DNA of 64,000 bases. It comes from Octopus sinensis. Taxonomy: Eukaryota. The DNA lies in NCBI RefSeq assembly GCF_006345805.1, contig NC_042998.1, positions 190,340,001 through 190,404,000 on the forward strand, read 5' to 3'. Shown one piece after another: positions 13,400-26,878 of the stretch. The position numbers and the translations under genes were made by a program. The notes beneath the pieces were generated by a model. The model saw nothing but the letters and a program-made list of their open reading frames with translations, searched no databases and was not told the origin of the DNA. The first letter of the stretch is position 1. The number at the start of each line of letters is the position of its first letter.

Positions 13400-15975
13400 T
13401 AGATGTAAATGATCAGTTTTCTATAGTGAAGCAAAGATGAGTGCAGGTAACCAGAGTCAATGTGGGATTCTGTAACCCTGTTAACTCTATTAAGTATGCT
13501 TGCAAATATATAAACAAAGGTTTAGATGCTGCAACATAACTTTTATGTAGAATGGCAGTCAAGAGATAAATAAAAATGACAAAGTTGCACAGTATGACAG
13601 AGGAAGATACATCAGTACCAATGAGGCTTTTTTGTGCATCTTCGGTTTTTCCATTCATGAGAGGCACCCAGCCATCATTCATCTGAGTGTCCAACTAGAG
13701 AATGGTCACAGGGTTATCTTTACAAAACAAACAGCCTTGCAACAGGCACTTTCTCCAAAAGAAACTACCCTTACTGCCTTTTGTTGGGGCAAGTAGATGA
13801 AGATGCAAGAAAACTCTTTTACTCACAATTACTCAAGTATTAACCTGGAGAAACAATAAATGGCACAAGAGAAAACGTGGAGCTGACACTCTTGCCAGAG
13901 TTTACAGTTTCCACCCAAGCCAAGCAGAATGCTACTATTTATGGCTCCTTTTGCATGAAGTATGTGGTCCCAAATCATTTGAAAATTCAAGGAGGGTAAA
14001 TGGTCATATGTGTGAAACTTGAAGGAAAGCATGCTATCAACAAAGTTTTTATAGAAAATGATAGGCATTGGGACCTTGCATTGACTGAAGTATCAGTATC
14101 AGATTCTCCAAGGAAACTTCGTAATCTTTTTGCAATTATACTGAACATGTGTCAACTTCGCAGTCCCTTACAGCTTTGGATGAAACATCATGAGGAACGG
14201 CTGAGGATTTAAAATATGCAGTTCAACAGGCAAACCTAAATATCAATATTCAGTTCTCTGAAACAATTTTTAACTAAGCGCTGATTGAAATTGAGGATCA
14301 TGTTTTGGTTATGGGAAGCAAAAATTTGCAAGAGTCTGGCTCAGGACTGCTAAAAACAGTCAAATTAATGATTTAACAAATAGCAAGAGAGACAAATTAT
14401 GACGTCACAGAGTTGGCTGCATTTGTGAATGAACATGAACCTAAACTTCTTCCAGAATAATGCTGTGCATATAATAAAATTATTTTGTCAGTCAGAGATA
14501 AAGGCAGAGGAATTTTCTTTTTTGATGCTCTTGGTGGCACAGGTAAAACATTTGTGACAACATTGCTTCTCTCCAAGGCAAGGCAACAAAAAAGAATTGC
14601 AGTTGTTGTAGCATTATCTGGCTTTGCTGTCACCATTCTCCCAGGAGGAGGAACAGCTTGTTCTGCTTTTAAATTACCACTAAACCTGGTCACAAATGAC
14701 AGTCCAATTTGTAACATAAGCAAAGGTTCAGATTCAGCAGAAGTGTTGCGCCAATGCCACCTGGTCATTTGGAATGAATGCACCATGTCACATAGAGGTG
14801 CAATGAAAGCTTTTGATAAGACCTTACAGGACATAAGAAGCAACAATTAATTTATAGGAGGAGTTACATTAGTTTTATCAGGAGACTACAGACAGACATT
14901 ACCAGCCATTCCGGGATGAACAAGATCTGACGAAATGAAAGCATCCATTAAGTCTTCACACCTATGGAATAAAGTACAGAAATTCTCCTTCAATATTAAT
15001 ATGCAAGCTTTATTACATGGGGACCAATGTGCAAAGCAGTTTTCAACGTGACTCCTTCAATTAGGAAATGAGAAAGTACCATTTGATGGGAATAGTGATA
15101 TCAATTTGGCTCATGGTGAATTCTCCAGCTGAACTGTATTTCCAGACTTAAGTAATAATTATAATTCACATAAATGATTGTGTGAAAGGTCAATTCTTGC
15201 TCAAAAAAATGACACAGTAGCAAGAATTAACCATGAATTAATGAATAAGATTCCAACAGTCATTAAGGAGTACAAATCAGTTGATTCAGTCCTTGATGAA
15301 AATCAAGCTGTCCATTACCCAACAGAGTTCCTTAATTCTCTGAAGCTACCTGGAACTTCACCACATAAACTTTTTTTGAAGGTAGGAGTCCTAATAATGC
15401 TTCTAAGAAATTTAGATCCTCCTAAATTATGCAATGGGACAAGGCTGGTTGTGAAGACATTATCACCTAATATGTTAGAAGCTACCATTATTACTGGATG
15501 CGCCTCTGGGGAAGATTTTCATACAAAGAATGTCAATCAAACCAACAGACATGCCATTTGAGTTCAAACGAACAGAATTTCCAGTGCAACTTTGCTTTGC
15601 GATGCCTATTAATAAAGCTCAAGGTCAGACTTTGCAGTTTTATGTTGGTTGCTCCAGGGTTGGTATTTTGCAAGACTTATTTGTCTATGCTCCAAACCAG
15701 GAAACAAAGAATGCTGTTTATCCAGAAGCTCTCATATAATTTCCTTCAACATATGTGACAATTTATCTCCTTTCATAAAAGTAATAAATTTTGTATTTTC
15801 ATTTATTATTATTATTATTATTATTTTATATTATGAATTCAGAATTGATTTCTCAATTGAAGAATAAATTGAATTTAGAAGAACAAATTTCTATACAACA
15901 TATTTTCCTCTTTTTTTTTATTCCAATACATAAGAAACAATTTCATTCCTGGGCAATACCGGATGCCTCTGCTAG
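13400..15975 (+). mobile_element. Decayed autonomous Helitron (Rep C-terminal part plus PIF1 helicase), with 3' terminus
   Basis: Frameshifted motifs appear in order: VNVGFCNPVNSIKYACKYINKG (~13456-13521, Rep YxxKY), RYISTNEA..FPIHERHPAIIHLSVQLENG, DALGGTGKTF (helicase motif I, ~14524), NECTMSHR, GDYRQTLP, LRNLDPPKLCNGTRL, FAMPINKAQGQTL, YVGCSRV. The 3' end is CCTGGGCAATACCGGATGCCTCTG-CTAG|T at 15948-15976. The 5' end was not found. Confidence 0.9.
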
Positions 15976-16559
15976 TATACATATATATAACAGTAGCAAA
16001 ATAGAGCACAAATATATTTTTATCCCACCCAGGCTAGCATGGAAGGAGGACGTTGAACAATGATGATAGCACAAACAGTACCAGAAATAGTACTCAATAT
16101 GTTGTGTTGAATGGATAGACACACATATATATATATCAAAGTTGACAATCTCCTTAGAGTCACTTCCTTACATAGACTGTTCACAACTGTGGACCAGTTA
16201 TAGACAATGCAACTAAGGGTGAAACTCAGAGCAGACAGTCAACATTGGAATGTGTGTGCCAGTGTCTACTTCAACATGGTTTCTACAACTGGATGCCCTT
16301 CCTAATACTAACCACCTTACTGTATGTACTGAGTGCTTTTTCATGCCACCAGCACTAGTGAGACAGTCAGGTAGCACACAAGACTACAAACTACAAGAGA
16401 AGAGCAGGGCTGTGTTATGAAAAGGGTATATGGGGTACAGTGGGAAAGGGGGAAAAGTAGGTTCTTGTAGAAGAGCTGTGTAGCTACTCACATTTAGTAG
16501 GGAAGGAAAGAATGACCTGTAGGACTACCAAGATATATTGAAGATGCAGATGAAGTGAA

Positions 16560-17150
16560 TAATATATACATCCCGTTCCTGATGCAGAGGTCCTGTGCCA
16601 TGCTGGCACAGTTAGTGTGGAGGCCTTCATTACCTCATCACAATTGCACTGGGCAGAACATGTTTGCAGGATGGAGGGAAGCAGGTTCCCAAAGGCTGTT
16701 TTCTTGCTGAACCACATCAGGGCAGGTGGAGTCATGATACCAGAGGCTGCAATACAGGTATGTGCTGAAGAGATACCTAGCATCTCCCCAAAACGCTGGG
16801 AAGAGAAGGCCCTGCAGCACGATGAATGGCACCGATTGCTGAAGCTTATAATTCCAGCCATTGAAGAAAAACAACTGAGAGAATACAAAAGAGTACATGG
16901 GAGGAATCACTTCTCCATTGCATAAAGCAGCTTCACTTGCAGCAGGTTTCATTGTTGATGCAGATCAAGACCAGGTCGGGTATCCCACATGCAAACCTGC
17001 CAGAAACAATTACCAAACAAGAACAGTTGATCTACAACAGATAGCCAAAGAATATATATATATATATTCCAGGCTTTTCTCGACAACGATGTCCTCAATC
17101 CAAAGGTCGCCTCTTCAACTGCAGAAATGTTCGTGCCGTCATTGAAGTAA
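16560..17150 (+). mobile_element. Decayed RTE-clade LINE ORF2 C-terminal fragment (second lineage)
   Basis: MEAFITSSQLHWAEHVCRMEGSRFPKAVF...WEEKALQHDEWHRL resembles RTE/BovB-type QLRWAGHV.RM...R.PK and WE..A.DR..WR motifs. Confidence 0.65.
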
Positions 17151-18081
17151 GTCACAGCAGTTTACAATTATATTTTTTGTTTCTTTTTTTTTTTTCGTGC
17201 TGGTGGCACGTAAACAGCACCATCCGACTGTGGCCGTTTGCCAGCCCCGTCTGGCACGTAAAAAGCACCCACTACACTCATGGAGTGGTTGGCGTTAGGA
17301 AGGGCATCCAGCCGTAGAAACATTGCCAGACCAGACTGGGCCTGGTGCAGCCTTCTGGCTTCCCAGACCCCAGTCGAACCGTCCAACCCATGCTAGCATG
17401 GAAAGCGGACGCTAAATGATGATGATGATATATATGAGAGAGAGAGGTATATAGATCATCATCATTTATACACACACCAAAACATATGCATGTACATATA
17501 TTTACATGCATATCAAAATGTAAGAGTCATGAAATGTGTTAAAAATATATTTTATGTAGTCCAGTCATTATCTGATACATAACTCATATGTTTGATACCA
17601 TGGATACCTATGTCAGTTTCATAAGAGGTTGACAGTCCACTGAGTTTCCCCCTGTGCTGGGTTGTTCACAACTGTGGCGTAGGAAAAATTGTTTGCAGTT
17701 TATACATTCACCTTGGAAGCATGAATGTTGGGTTACAAATGCTCTTAAAAACTAATTTAAAGATACAGAAATTGTAACAAAGTTATTATTATACTGTCTG
17801 CAAAATGAATCACTCTGGAGGTGCACTTCTGGAAAGGGAGTTATCCCTCAATGAAATACTACAGCAGATATTAAACTATGCAACATTAAGTTTACATTAC
17901 TTGAGCTGCCTCAAATTCAAAATTTGTATACTATATATATATATGATGTGGTCCACAAATCCATTGGATACTGTCCAAATGTCCAACCCAAGCTAGCATG
18001 AAAAACAGACATAAAATTATGATGATACATACATAGTACCTATCTTCAAGCATGCATGTGTGCGTGTATATGACATATATA

Positions 18082-18130
<49 letters not shown>

Positions 18131-18231
18131 TTCATGAATACAGCCAGTCTTATTTATATATATATATAAACTTAGATATGTTTTGACCAAAGATTGGTCC
18201 AGGCCATGTCTAACTTAATAGCACCGCCTGA

Positions 18232-18278
<47 letters not shown>

Positions 18279-19019
18279 TATGTATACACATATGTATATA
18301 TGCATATAATGTATGATATATATGCATACATACATACAGACACAAATGAAGAAGCTTGCATGTTCCCAACATTCTGAGGATATTGCCATAGGAAACATTA
18401 ACATTATTACATATAGGGTAAGCTTGAGACTGCAGGTCCAGATCAATGTTTCTCAAAGAATGCACAACAAGGGGTGAGATGCACTATGGATTTTTAAAAA
18501 TGTAATTTAAGGCTTTAGAAAATTTATACTAATACTGGAGCATTCTGAAAATATTCTATTCGCAGTTTTCATGTCGTTACTTGATATGCACAAACCTAAT
18601 ATAAATGAACAACAAGTCAGCATATTTTTTCTAAATCCTCAAATTTATAAGGTTTTTTCAAAATTCTATGTAGATGACATTCGAGCAAGATTGTTGCCAG
18701 TGCCGCTGGACTGGCTACTGTGCAGGTGGCACATAAAAAGGGCACCATTTGAGCGTGGCCATTGCCAGTACCACCTGATTGGCCCTCATGCCGGTGGCAC
18801 GTAAAAGCACCCACTACACTCTCGGAGTGGTAGGCGTTAGGAAGGGCATCCAGCTGTAGAAACTCTGCCATATCAGATTGGAGTCTAGTGCAGCCATCTG
18901 GTTCACCAGACTTCAGTCAAATCATCTAACCCATGCTAGCATGGAAAGCAGACATTAAACGACAATGATGACAATAATTTTGAACTTTCCACGGAAGTGC
19001 AGCAATAATTGCTTTGTTT

Positions 19020-20500
19020 CATCACCAGTATGCCATGAAATCAAAGAGTTTTGAGAATCACTAGTCCTGACTAAGACTGATTTGACCAGCAGCCTGCAAG
19101 ACTTCAATGACAGATTTAAGATCCAATGTTATCTTGGACTTAATAATTGTGAAGACAAAGAAAGCTGTTGTAGTTCCGTCCATTCCTGTTAGAAAGTCCT
19201 TTCCAATGGATTTAGTTGGTTGACCATGTGCTTCTTAAAGTACAGCAACAAGCACACAAACAAACAAACTGGCATCATCATTCTATGGACCAACACAAGC
19301 TATACAAGCCTTTCGGTAATTGAAGAAGGGAACCAGGAGCAGGCAAATATAGTTAGGAAACTCCTCATCAAGAACTGGCATGAAAACTATGAATGTGTGT
19401 TTTAGTATTTCCACTTTTGAACACAATTAGCGAAGTTGTTCAGTAGCAGTATTAAAGTATGAGTGACCCTATTTACGATCTACTCTGTCCACTTTGAACA
19501 GGCAAGGAGATACAGAAGGTGCTCTAAAAAATCTGCTTCATCCAAAATGATTGCACTCTGTAGTCAAAAAAACATTAAAAGGCAAAACTATGAAATTTGG
19601 AACTTTGAAATATGAACTCTGATGGACCAACTAAAATCAGAATGACAAGAGAGAACTACCGTTTTAGCTTGAAAACATTTTTGAGATCATTGCTCTGAGT
19701 GTGACTAGAAAAATGAAGAGGAGAAACAAAAGGAATAGCGTGATCAAGTTTGTTTTTCCTGAAAAATTTGACCCCAAACAACACTAATAACCTACTTAAG
19801 CTCAGAGTGCACCAATTGGGAATTAACAAATATCTCATGAATCTGCAAATCCATCCGGGTCAGGAACCATTATGCCAGCAACAGCATTTATGCTCATACT
19901 TTGAATACAAAAGACGATGTTAAAAAATAAATTTCTACACCCAATGTAAACCTCTCTTCCATCCCCAACCATAATAAAAAAAATCACAAGTTCAGAACTC
20001 AATTAATCAACAAATGAAGAGTTGGCAAGTCCAATAGAGCACTCCTCTTTATCAAGTGTACTGAACACAATCTGGTGATTACAAACAAAATTTTGTTAGT
20101 AAAATAGGAATAAAATCTTCTGAAAATTTCAATACTCTGAATACTGACATCTCATTAACTGTCATTGTACTATCTTGGGATCAATTGTAAACAGGAACTG
20201 TTACTGGTGCCATTGAGTGCTGGACAGACCATCATCCAGGTTTGTCCAACACGAAAGATTTAGCTCATAAGATCAAATTTAGAACATGCCAGAAATTTAA
20301 GCTTGACATCCTTCAACAGAGCAACAAAGATTTCAAAAACAAATCCTACCAAACATAGAACACAGGAAATCAACTAAAGAACATTATCATCATGACTTGC
20401 AAGGAAACAATTGGATTCAAGAAAATAAAACACAGAACTGATTCAATGATAATGACTAATAACTCGTCAACAAAAAGAGAAAAAATTGCATTGCTTTACA
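19020..20500 (-). mobile_element. Highly decayed LINE RT fragment
   Basis: VPDPDGF (KAPGPDG-like, ~19845-19868) lies upstream of RSFLT and a frameshifted NDDASL (YADD-like, ~19265-19285). Boundaries are approximate. Confidence 0.45.
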
Positions 20501-20879
20501 AAATGGCTATCAGCTAGCTTAAGGAAATGCTTTACTGTTGAGAAAATTACTCAAAGCCTGAAAAACCCTATTTTCCATATTTTGTATACCACCTCTCTTC
20601 CTATGTTGATGTGCTGTAACAGGACAGGTTTTGGGTGTCTCCAATCATGACTGAAAAGGTCTGGTGAAACATCAACTAAGGAAGACACAAACACCCATAT
20701 GACAGGTTTCTTTCAGTTTCCATTTGCTCACAAGGCTTCAGTCAGCTTAGGGCTAGGGTAGAGGGCATTTGTTTAAGATACCAGGAAGTGAAGCTGAACC
20801 TGAAATGATGTGGTTGAGGAGCAAACTTAACCACACAATCTTGATGCTCCTCATCTCCTAATATAATAATGAGCCTAGT

Positions 20880-20914
<35 letters not shown>

Positions 20915-21286
20915 CGAAATTGAACCAATCCTATGACTGGCACCCGGCAGATGCCAGGACCCCTGGACTGGTGGTACATAAAAAGCACTATCCGAATCGT
21001 GGCCGATGCCAGCGCCGCCTCGACTGGCTACCATGCCAGTGGCACGTAAATTGCACCAATCCGACCGTGGCCGTTGCCAGCCTCCCTTGGCACCTGTGCA
21101 GGTGGCACGTAAAAAGCACCCACTACACTCACGGAGTGGTTGGCGTTAGGAAGGGCATCCAGCTGTAGAAACATTGCCAGATAAGACTGGAGCCTGGTGC
21201 AGCCTTCGGGCTTCCAAGACCCCATTTGAACCGTCCAACCCATGCTAGCATGGAGAACGGACGTTAAACGATGATGATGATGATGA

Positions 21287-22190
21287 TATAATTTTATTTA
21301 ATTTGCTTTTCGAGAGAAGGAAAGTTTCTATCGAAGATGCGTATCGCCTTCACCTTCGAAACGCAGAGTAGATGAAACCATGGCGACTGAAGAAGGGGAA
21401 TTTTCCTTGTCTTATTTGTCCTGTACTCTATTTTTTTGTTATTTAAGAAAAATGTCCAGTTCCTTGGTTTTGTGTTTATGTTTTCGTTTCTCATTGTGTT
21501 CGACGTTTTTTGGGTGTCCTGTACCCATATATTTCTTTTCTCTTTCTCTTTTACTTGTTTCAGTCATTTGACTGTGGCCATGCTGGAGCACCGCCTTTAG
21601 TCAAGCAACTCGACCCCGGGACTTATTCTTTTGTAAGCCCAGTACTTATTCTATCGCTCTCTTTTGCCGAACCACTAAGTAACGGGGACATAAACACACC
21701 AGCATCGGTTGTCAAGCAATGCTAGGGGGACAAACACAGACACACAAACACACACATATATATATACATATATACGACAGGCTTCTTTCAGTTTCCGTCT
21801 ACCAAATCCACTCACAAGACATTGGTAGGCCCGGGGCTATAGCAGAAGACGCCCAAGATGCCACGCAGTGGGACTGAACCCGGAACCATGTGGTTGGTTA
21901 GCAAGCTACTTACCACACAGCCACTCCTGTGCCTTATATATATATAATTTTATTTAATTTGCTTTTCGCGGGAAGGAAAGTTTCTATCGAAGATGCGTAT
22001 CGCCTTCACCTTCGAAACGCAGAGTAGATGAAACCATGGCGACTGAAGAAGGGGAATTTTCCTTGTCTTATTTGTCCTGTACTCTATTTTTTTGTTATTT
22101 AAGAAAAATGTCCAGTTCCTTGGTTTTATGTTTATGTTTTCGTATCTCATTGTGTTCGACGTTTTTTTTGGGTGTCCTGTACCCATATAT
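21287..22190 (+). repeat. ~245-bp direct repeat pair (21287-21532 and 21947-22190) flanking a SINE
   Basis: Both copies read ATAATTTTATTTAATTTGCTTTTCG...GGGTGTCCTGTACCCATAT, with only a handful of differences. Confidence 0.9.
21540..21933 (-). mobile_element. tRNA-headed CORE-type SINE
   Basis: Head GGAGTGGCTGTGTGGTAAG..GGTTCAGTCCC (A/B boxes), MIR-core-like CTTGGGC..TCTTC, internal (TG/TA)n, tail GGCGGTGCTCCAGCATGGCCACAGTCAAATGACTGAAAC. Other copies: 48980-49405(-), 58074-58482(-), 62698-63205(+, interrupted); fragments ~6985-7150, 20700-20835, 22860-22935. Confidence 0.85.
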
Positions 22191-22267
22191 GCGTGTATAT
22201 ATATATATACATGTAGAGGTAGGTACGTACATATATGTATGTATATATGCATATGTTTTATTTATTA

Positions 22268-22301
<34 letters not shown>

Positions 22302-25300
22302 GTCCAGAATCACGTCAGATGTGGAGGAGGAAAGAAAATAGTAATTCAGTGAAGGAGAAATAGTAAGAGTAATAGCCTTGGCTGAGAGGAAGTGAGAGAA
22401 AGTAATAGCAACGTGAGAAATGAAGGAGTGATAGATAAATAAGGAAGGGATGAAAAAAAAAAATCAGCGTTTCAACTCTGTGTGTGCGTGTACAAGGGAA
22501 GTATGTGAATGTTTGTATGCGTGATTATTATGTACCTTATTTTGAACATTATATATAAGATACTACAATTAGCCGTCATTATTAATGGCACGTGGTCAGC
22601 TAGTGTATATATATATATATATTTTAACATCCACTTTTCCGTGCTTGTATAAGCTGGATGGAGTTTACTGAAGCAGATTTTCAACAGCTGGGTGCCCTTT
22701 TGTTGTCGAACTCTGGTTGTTTCTCCATGGCCTGACATATTTTCATGGGATATTGGAAATGAATAACACCGCTTGCATGACAGTGACTCATCTACAACTA
22801 TCACACAACATCAAGACAAGGAGGCACAAACACTCACACACACCCATATACACGTACACATATACAGCAGGCTTTTAGTTTCCAGCAACCAAGGCCTGAA
22901 GCTATAGTAGAAGACACTTGCCCAAAGTTCCACATATGCATATACGTGTGGATCATGAAAAAAACTGAACAATATTTTAGCAGTTGAATTCTGTTAAAAC
23001 TGGATAATGGATCTCAGACATGTGAAACATTCCATTTATTAAATGCCTCACTGAAAATAGCTGGAATAGATATTTTGCTTTTTGGAAAATCAAAATATGA
23101 AAACAAATGTTTGTATGCAGCCATACTGAGAAAATCTAAAGATGGTAGTTATGAAGTGGACCAGACTGACCATAATAATCAGCATGTCTTTTACAATGAT
23201 GAAACTAAAGTTTTGTTTCTCTAATGTTCTCAGAAGGTCCTGTCCAAAATGCTACAATTTTCTTCTCTACAAGGAAGATGAACTCATTTCCTCTTGTGAA
23301 CTTTTCTGAAGAGCAGAGTTTTTGACACATGAGAATTGCAGAATGAACATACAAAATAATGGTTGACAGGTTTTCATTAAAGTGGGCTAGCATTATTCAT
23401 GCTATCACCATCTAGCCTGTAAGTGGTCCTTAGATTCAACTTAAAATGGTATCCTAATGCTTACAGAAGTGTTTTATGTCATATTTAGCAGAATAAGTAT
23501 CAATACACTCTAATTTGAAGAATATATTAATTTCATGATATAAAAATAACAACTGGAATTTTATTAATTCAGAAAGTCATTGACTATATTCATAGATTTC
23601 TATTGTCCAATGTAAATCACTACTGTTTGGTTACCAGCAGCCACTACATTTTGATCTCTTTAGTTATCCATTCATATCATGTATCTTCTTTGTTGAAAGC
23701 TATCATCATCATCATTTAACATCTGCTTTCCAATGCTAGCATGGGTTGGACGATTTTGACTGAGGGCTGGTGAACCAGGTGGCTGCACCAGGCTCCAATC
23801 TTGATCTGGCAGAGTTTCTATAGCTGTATGCCCTTCCTAACGCCAACCACTCCGAGAATGTAGTGGGTGCTTTTTACGTGCCACCAGCACGGTGAAAGCT
23901 ATACTTAATGGATTTAATTTAAACTTTCAAACTTTTCATTTAGCTTAACACCATCTGGCCCTTGAGTGCCTTCAGTGAAATTCACACTGCAGCAAGCTTT
24001 CAGACAAAGTTTTCAGTCTGAAAATAACCTAATCCATTTTCCTAAACAGTGTCTTTAGGCCCTAAGCTATTATAAAAACTTCTTTTAAAAAATCTTAAGT
24101 GCAAACTTTTTTTTTTTTTGTTAACTTTCAGCCACTTTATGCAATACAGGGAAATTTCATTATACAATTGCATTACAATAAGCATACATTATGTATAATT
24201 TTAACATACAATCATAATTCCATGAATAATATCCTACCTAAAAACAAGAGCTTACTTATCTAACTCCTTAACTAAAATCTCTTAGTCAACAAGTCTCAAT
24301 GCTATCATTCAACTAGGTAGAAATAACAAAACTACTTGAAATCATTCCCGACCACCTAAGAATAAAGGCCTCACTGATTTATATAGTCCAAGAAACAGTA
24401 CATCTAAAAATAAAAAGATTGTCTATGAGTGGAATGCTTGAGTGTAGGTCTCCTGGATCAGAGCTGACCCAGGGCTGAACAAAAGCAACTCAACGTCTAC
24501 CCTAATCAAAGATCTGATACACATCTCTTTAGTTAAACTTCCAGACACAACACTAAAAACTTCCCCCAATCTTTCCTCTTCAAAACACAACCTTGTTGAA
24601 TTTCCACTGCACACATTTCTCGTGCCGGTGGCACGTAAAAAGCACCATCCGTCCGTGGCCGTTTGCCAGCTCCGTCTGGCACCTGTGCCGGTGGCACGTA
24701 AAAAGCACCCACTACACTCACGGAGTGGTTTTCGTTAGGAAGGGCATCCAGCCGTAGAAACACTGCCAGATCAGACTGGGCCTGATGCAGCTAGTATGGA
24801 AAGCGGACGCTAAATGATGATGATGATGATACTGAACATCAGATGTTCAAGCTGTACAACAAGTAACTGTTCTACTACTTTAACTCAAGGCAAATGAATA
24901 TAGCTGATTCTCCCCCTCATCAAATTTACTGTACTTCAGCCATCACTTCTACATTTAACATATACTCAATCTGTCTAGAGCTGCAACTCTCTGGATTCCA
25001 TTTCATGTCTGAGTTTTTCCCTCAGCCACCAACTACAGAAATTCAAGCTGAATATTAACTACATCACCTATTTCTTTACTACCCACAAGGGGCTAAATAC
25101 AGAGAGGACAAACAAGGACAGAAACAGATTAAGTCAATTACATCAACCCCAGTGCATATCTAGTACTTAATTTATCAACCCCGAAAGGATGAAAGGCAAA
25201 GTCGACCGCGGCAATATTTGAACTCAGAACGTAAAGATACACGAAATACCGTCAAGCATTTCGCCCAGCGTGCCAACGCTTCTGCCCACATCTATCTAGA

Positions 25301-26175
25301 AGGACCAGCAGTCATGGCTGCTAACTCTCTTCCAACTGAAAAAAAAAAGTTTGTTTCTTTTCCTTAGAAAGAAAAAAACTCTTTGTAACAAATGTTATTA
25401 TATATCAATATCATTCCCTCCATCCACCCTTCAACCCTACTCAATCCTTATAGTTGTTGCATACCCCCCCTGCCCCCATTCCCCATCTCTTGCTCCCACA
25501 TACTTTTGCAAACCTTCCACAAACCCACAATCCTAGTCCCTCTATATCCACTCATTTCTACTCATTTTGCACATTGAAGCCACTCAGATACTTCATCACG
25601 ACAATTTATCTCTTTCCAATTTCATCTCACCACTTTCCACTCTCCCTTCTAAATTTGAGTAACCATGTAGCTCCTCTACAACAACCTGCTCTGTGCTCTC
25701 ATACTTAAACCTCTTACCTCCTAGGATAAAGCTGACAACCTTGAGGGGTTCATAATCTTGCAAGCAGTAAGGCAGTCTCAGTCATGCAAACAGCATGGCA
25801 CAGAAAAACAAATGGAAACATAATACATGCTGCAAAGTGTCTGGCATTAGCCATAGAAACCATATCAAAGCAGACAATGGAGTATGATGTAGTCCTTAGA
25901 CCTATCAATTTCTGTCAAACCATTCAATTCATGCAACGTGAACTTTACTTTCATAAATATATTGTTCAATGAAATTCACAACCTGTTACATGCTCACTTA
26001 AGAACATATGTAGCAACATAGGGATTTATCAATATGGTTAGAAGACCTGTACCATACAAAGACTGTGATGCCAAAACTATTATTCAGGTCATTACACTGT
26101 TTGAAAATCAAATTACATCTCTGCTTTCCCAAAATTCTTATTTTTGTTTCTAAGGTCTAAAATTTCAGACTTTAA

Positions 26176-26394
26176 CCCTTTAGTATTTAAACCGGCCATA
26201 TCCGGCCAAAATATTTAATCTGTTTTATGTTCAAACTGACCAGATCCAGGCTCTCGCAACTACCCTACAATGTTATTCTACATTAAGTAATTACACCATC
26301 AAGATCTTGAAGATATGAGATAATGCATGATTAATTCAAATCAATGTGAATCAATAAGCATTATGTTTTATTGAATAATCTGAACACTAAAGGG
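26176..26394. mobile_element. piggyBac-type MITE
   Basis: TTAA|CCCTTTAGTATT ... AACACTAAAGGG|TTAA; TIR 11/12 match, TTAA on both sides. Confidence 0.8.
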
Positions 26395-26823
26395 TTAATG
26401 ACAAATGCCTTAACAGTAATATTCTTTAGATGTAGTTTATAAATCAAGAGGTCACTTCAAATGGTCAGAAAGAAAATCTGTTGTTTTATGTTAATATAAG
26501 CTTCGTTGTTGTTTTTTAGTCACAACAGTGAACAATGCCAACAAAGTGGGATAACAGAAAAAGGATATATCAAGTGGTGAGAAAACGGATAAAGCCACAA
26601 GGGCAAAACAATATGTATTTCCTAGCATCTATGAAGAAGACTGGCAAAATACATTATGATGCTGGCCAGAATATACTAGTGACCTACATAAGGTATGGAT
26701 ACACATCAGCTTTCAATTGTTTGTTTGACCCTCAAAACAAAGATGAACAGGTATTTCAGATATTGAAACAACTATTCCACTTCTTTTTTCAAGAATAAAA
26801 CATACACACACATACACTCACAA

Positions 26824-26878
<55 letters not shown>

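Noticed and set aside
21324-21410. Hammerhead ribozyme (retrozyme/Penelope-type) in the duplicated 245-bp unit
   Set aside because: GAAAC-GCAGA-GTA and a possible stem I (GTTTCTATC/GATGAAAC) are present, but the CUGANGA core at the needed position is broken (TCGAAGA). The intact CTGAAGA downstream has no following GAAA. No canonical type I/II/III fold could be assembled by hand; an RNAMotif/Infernal run would settle it.
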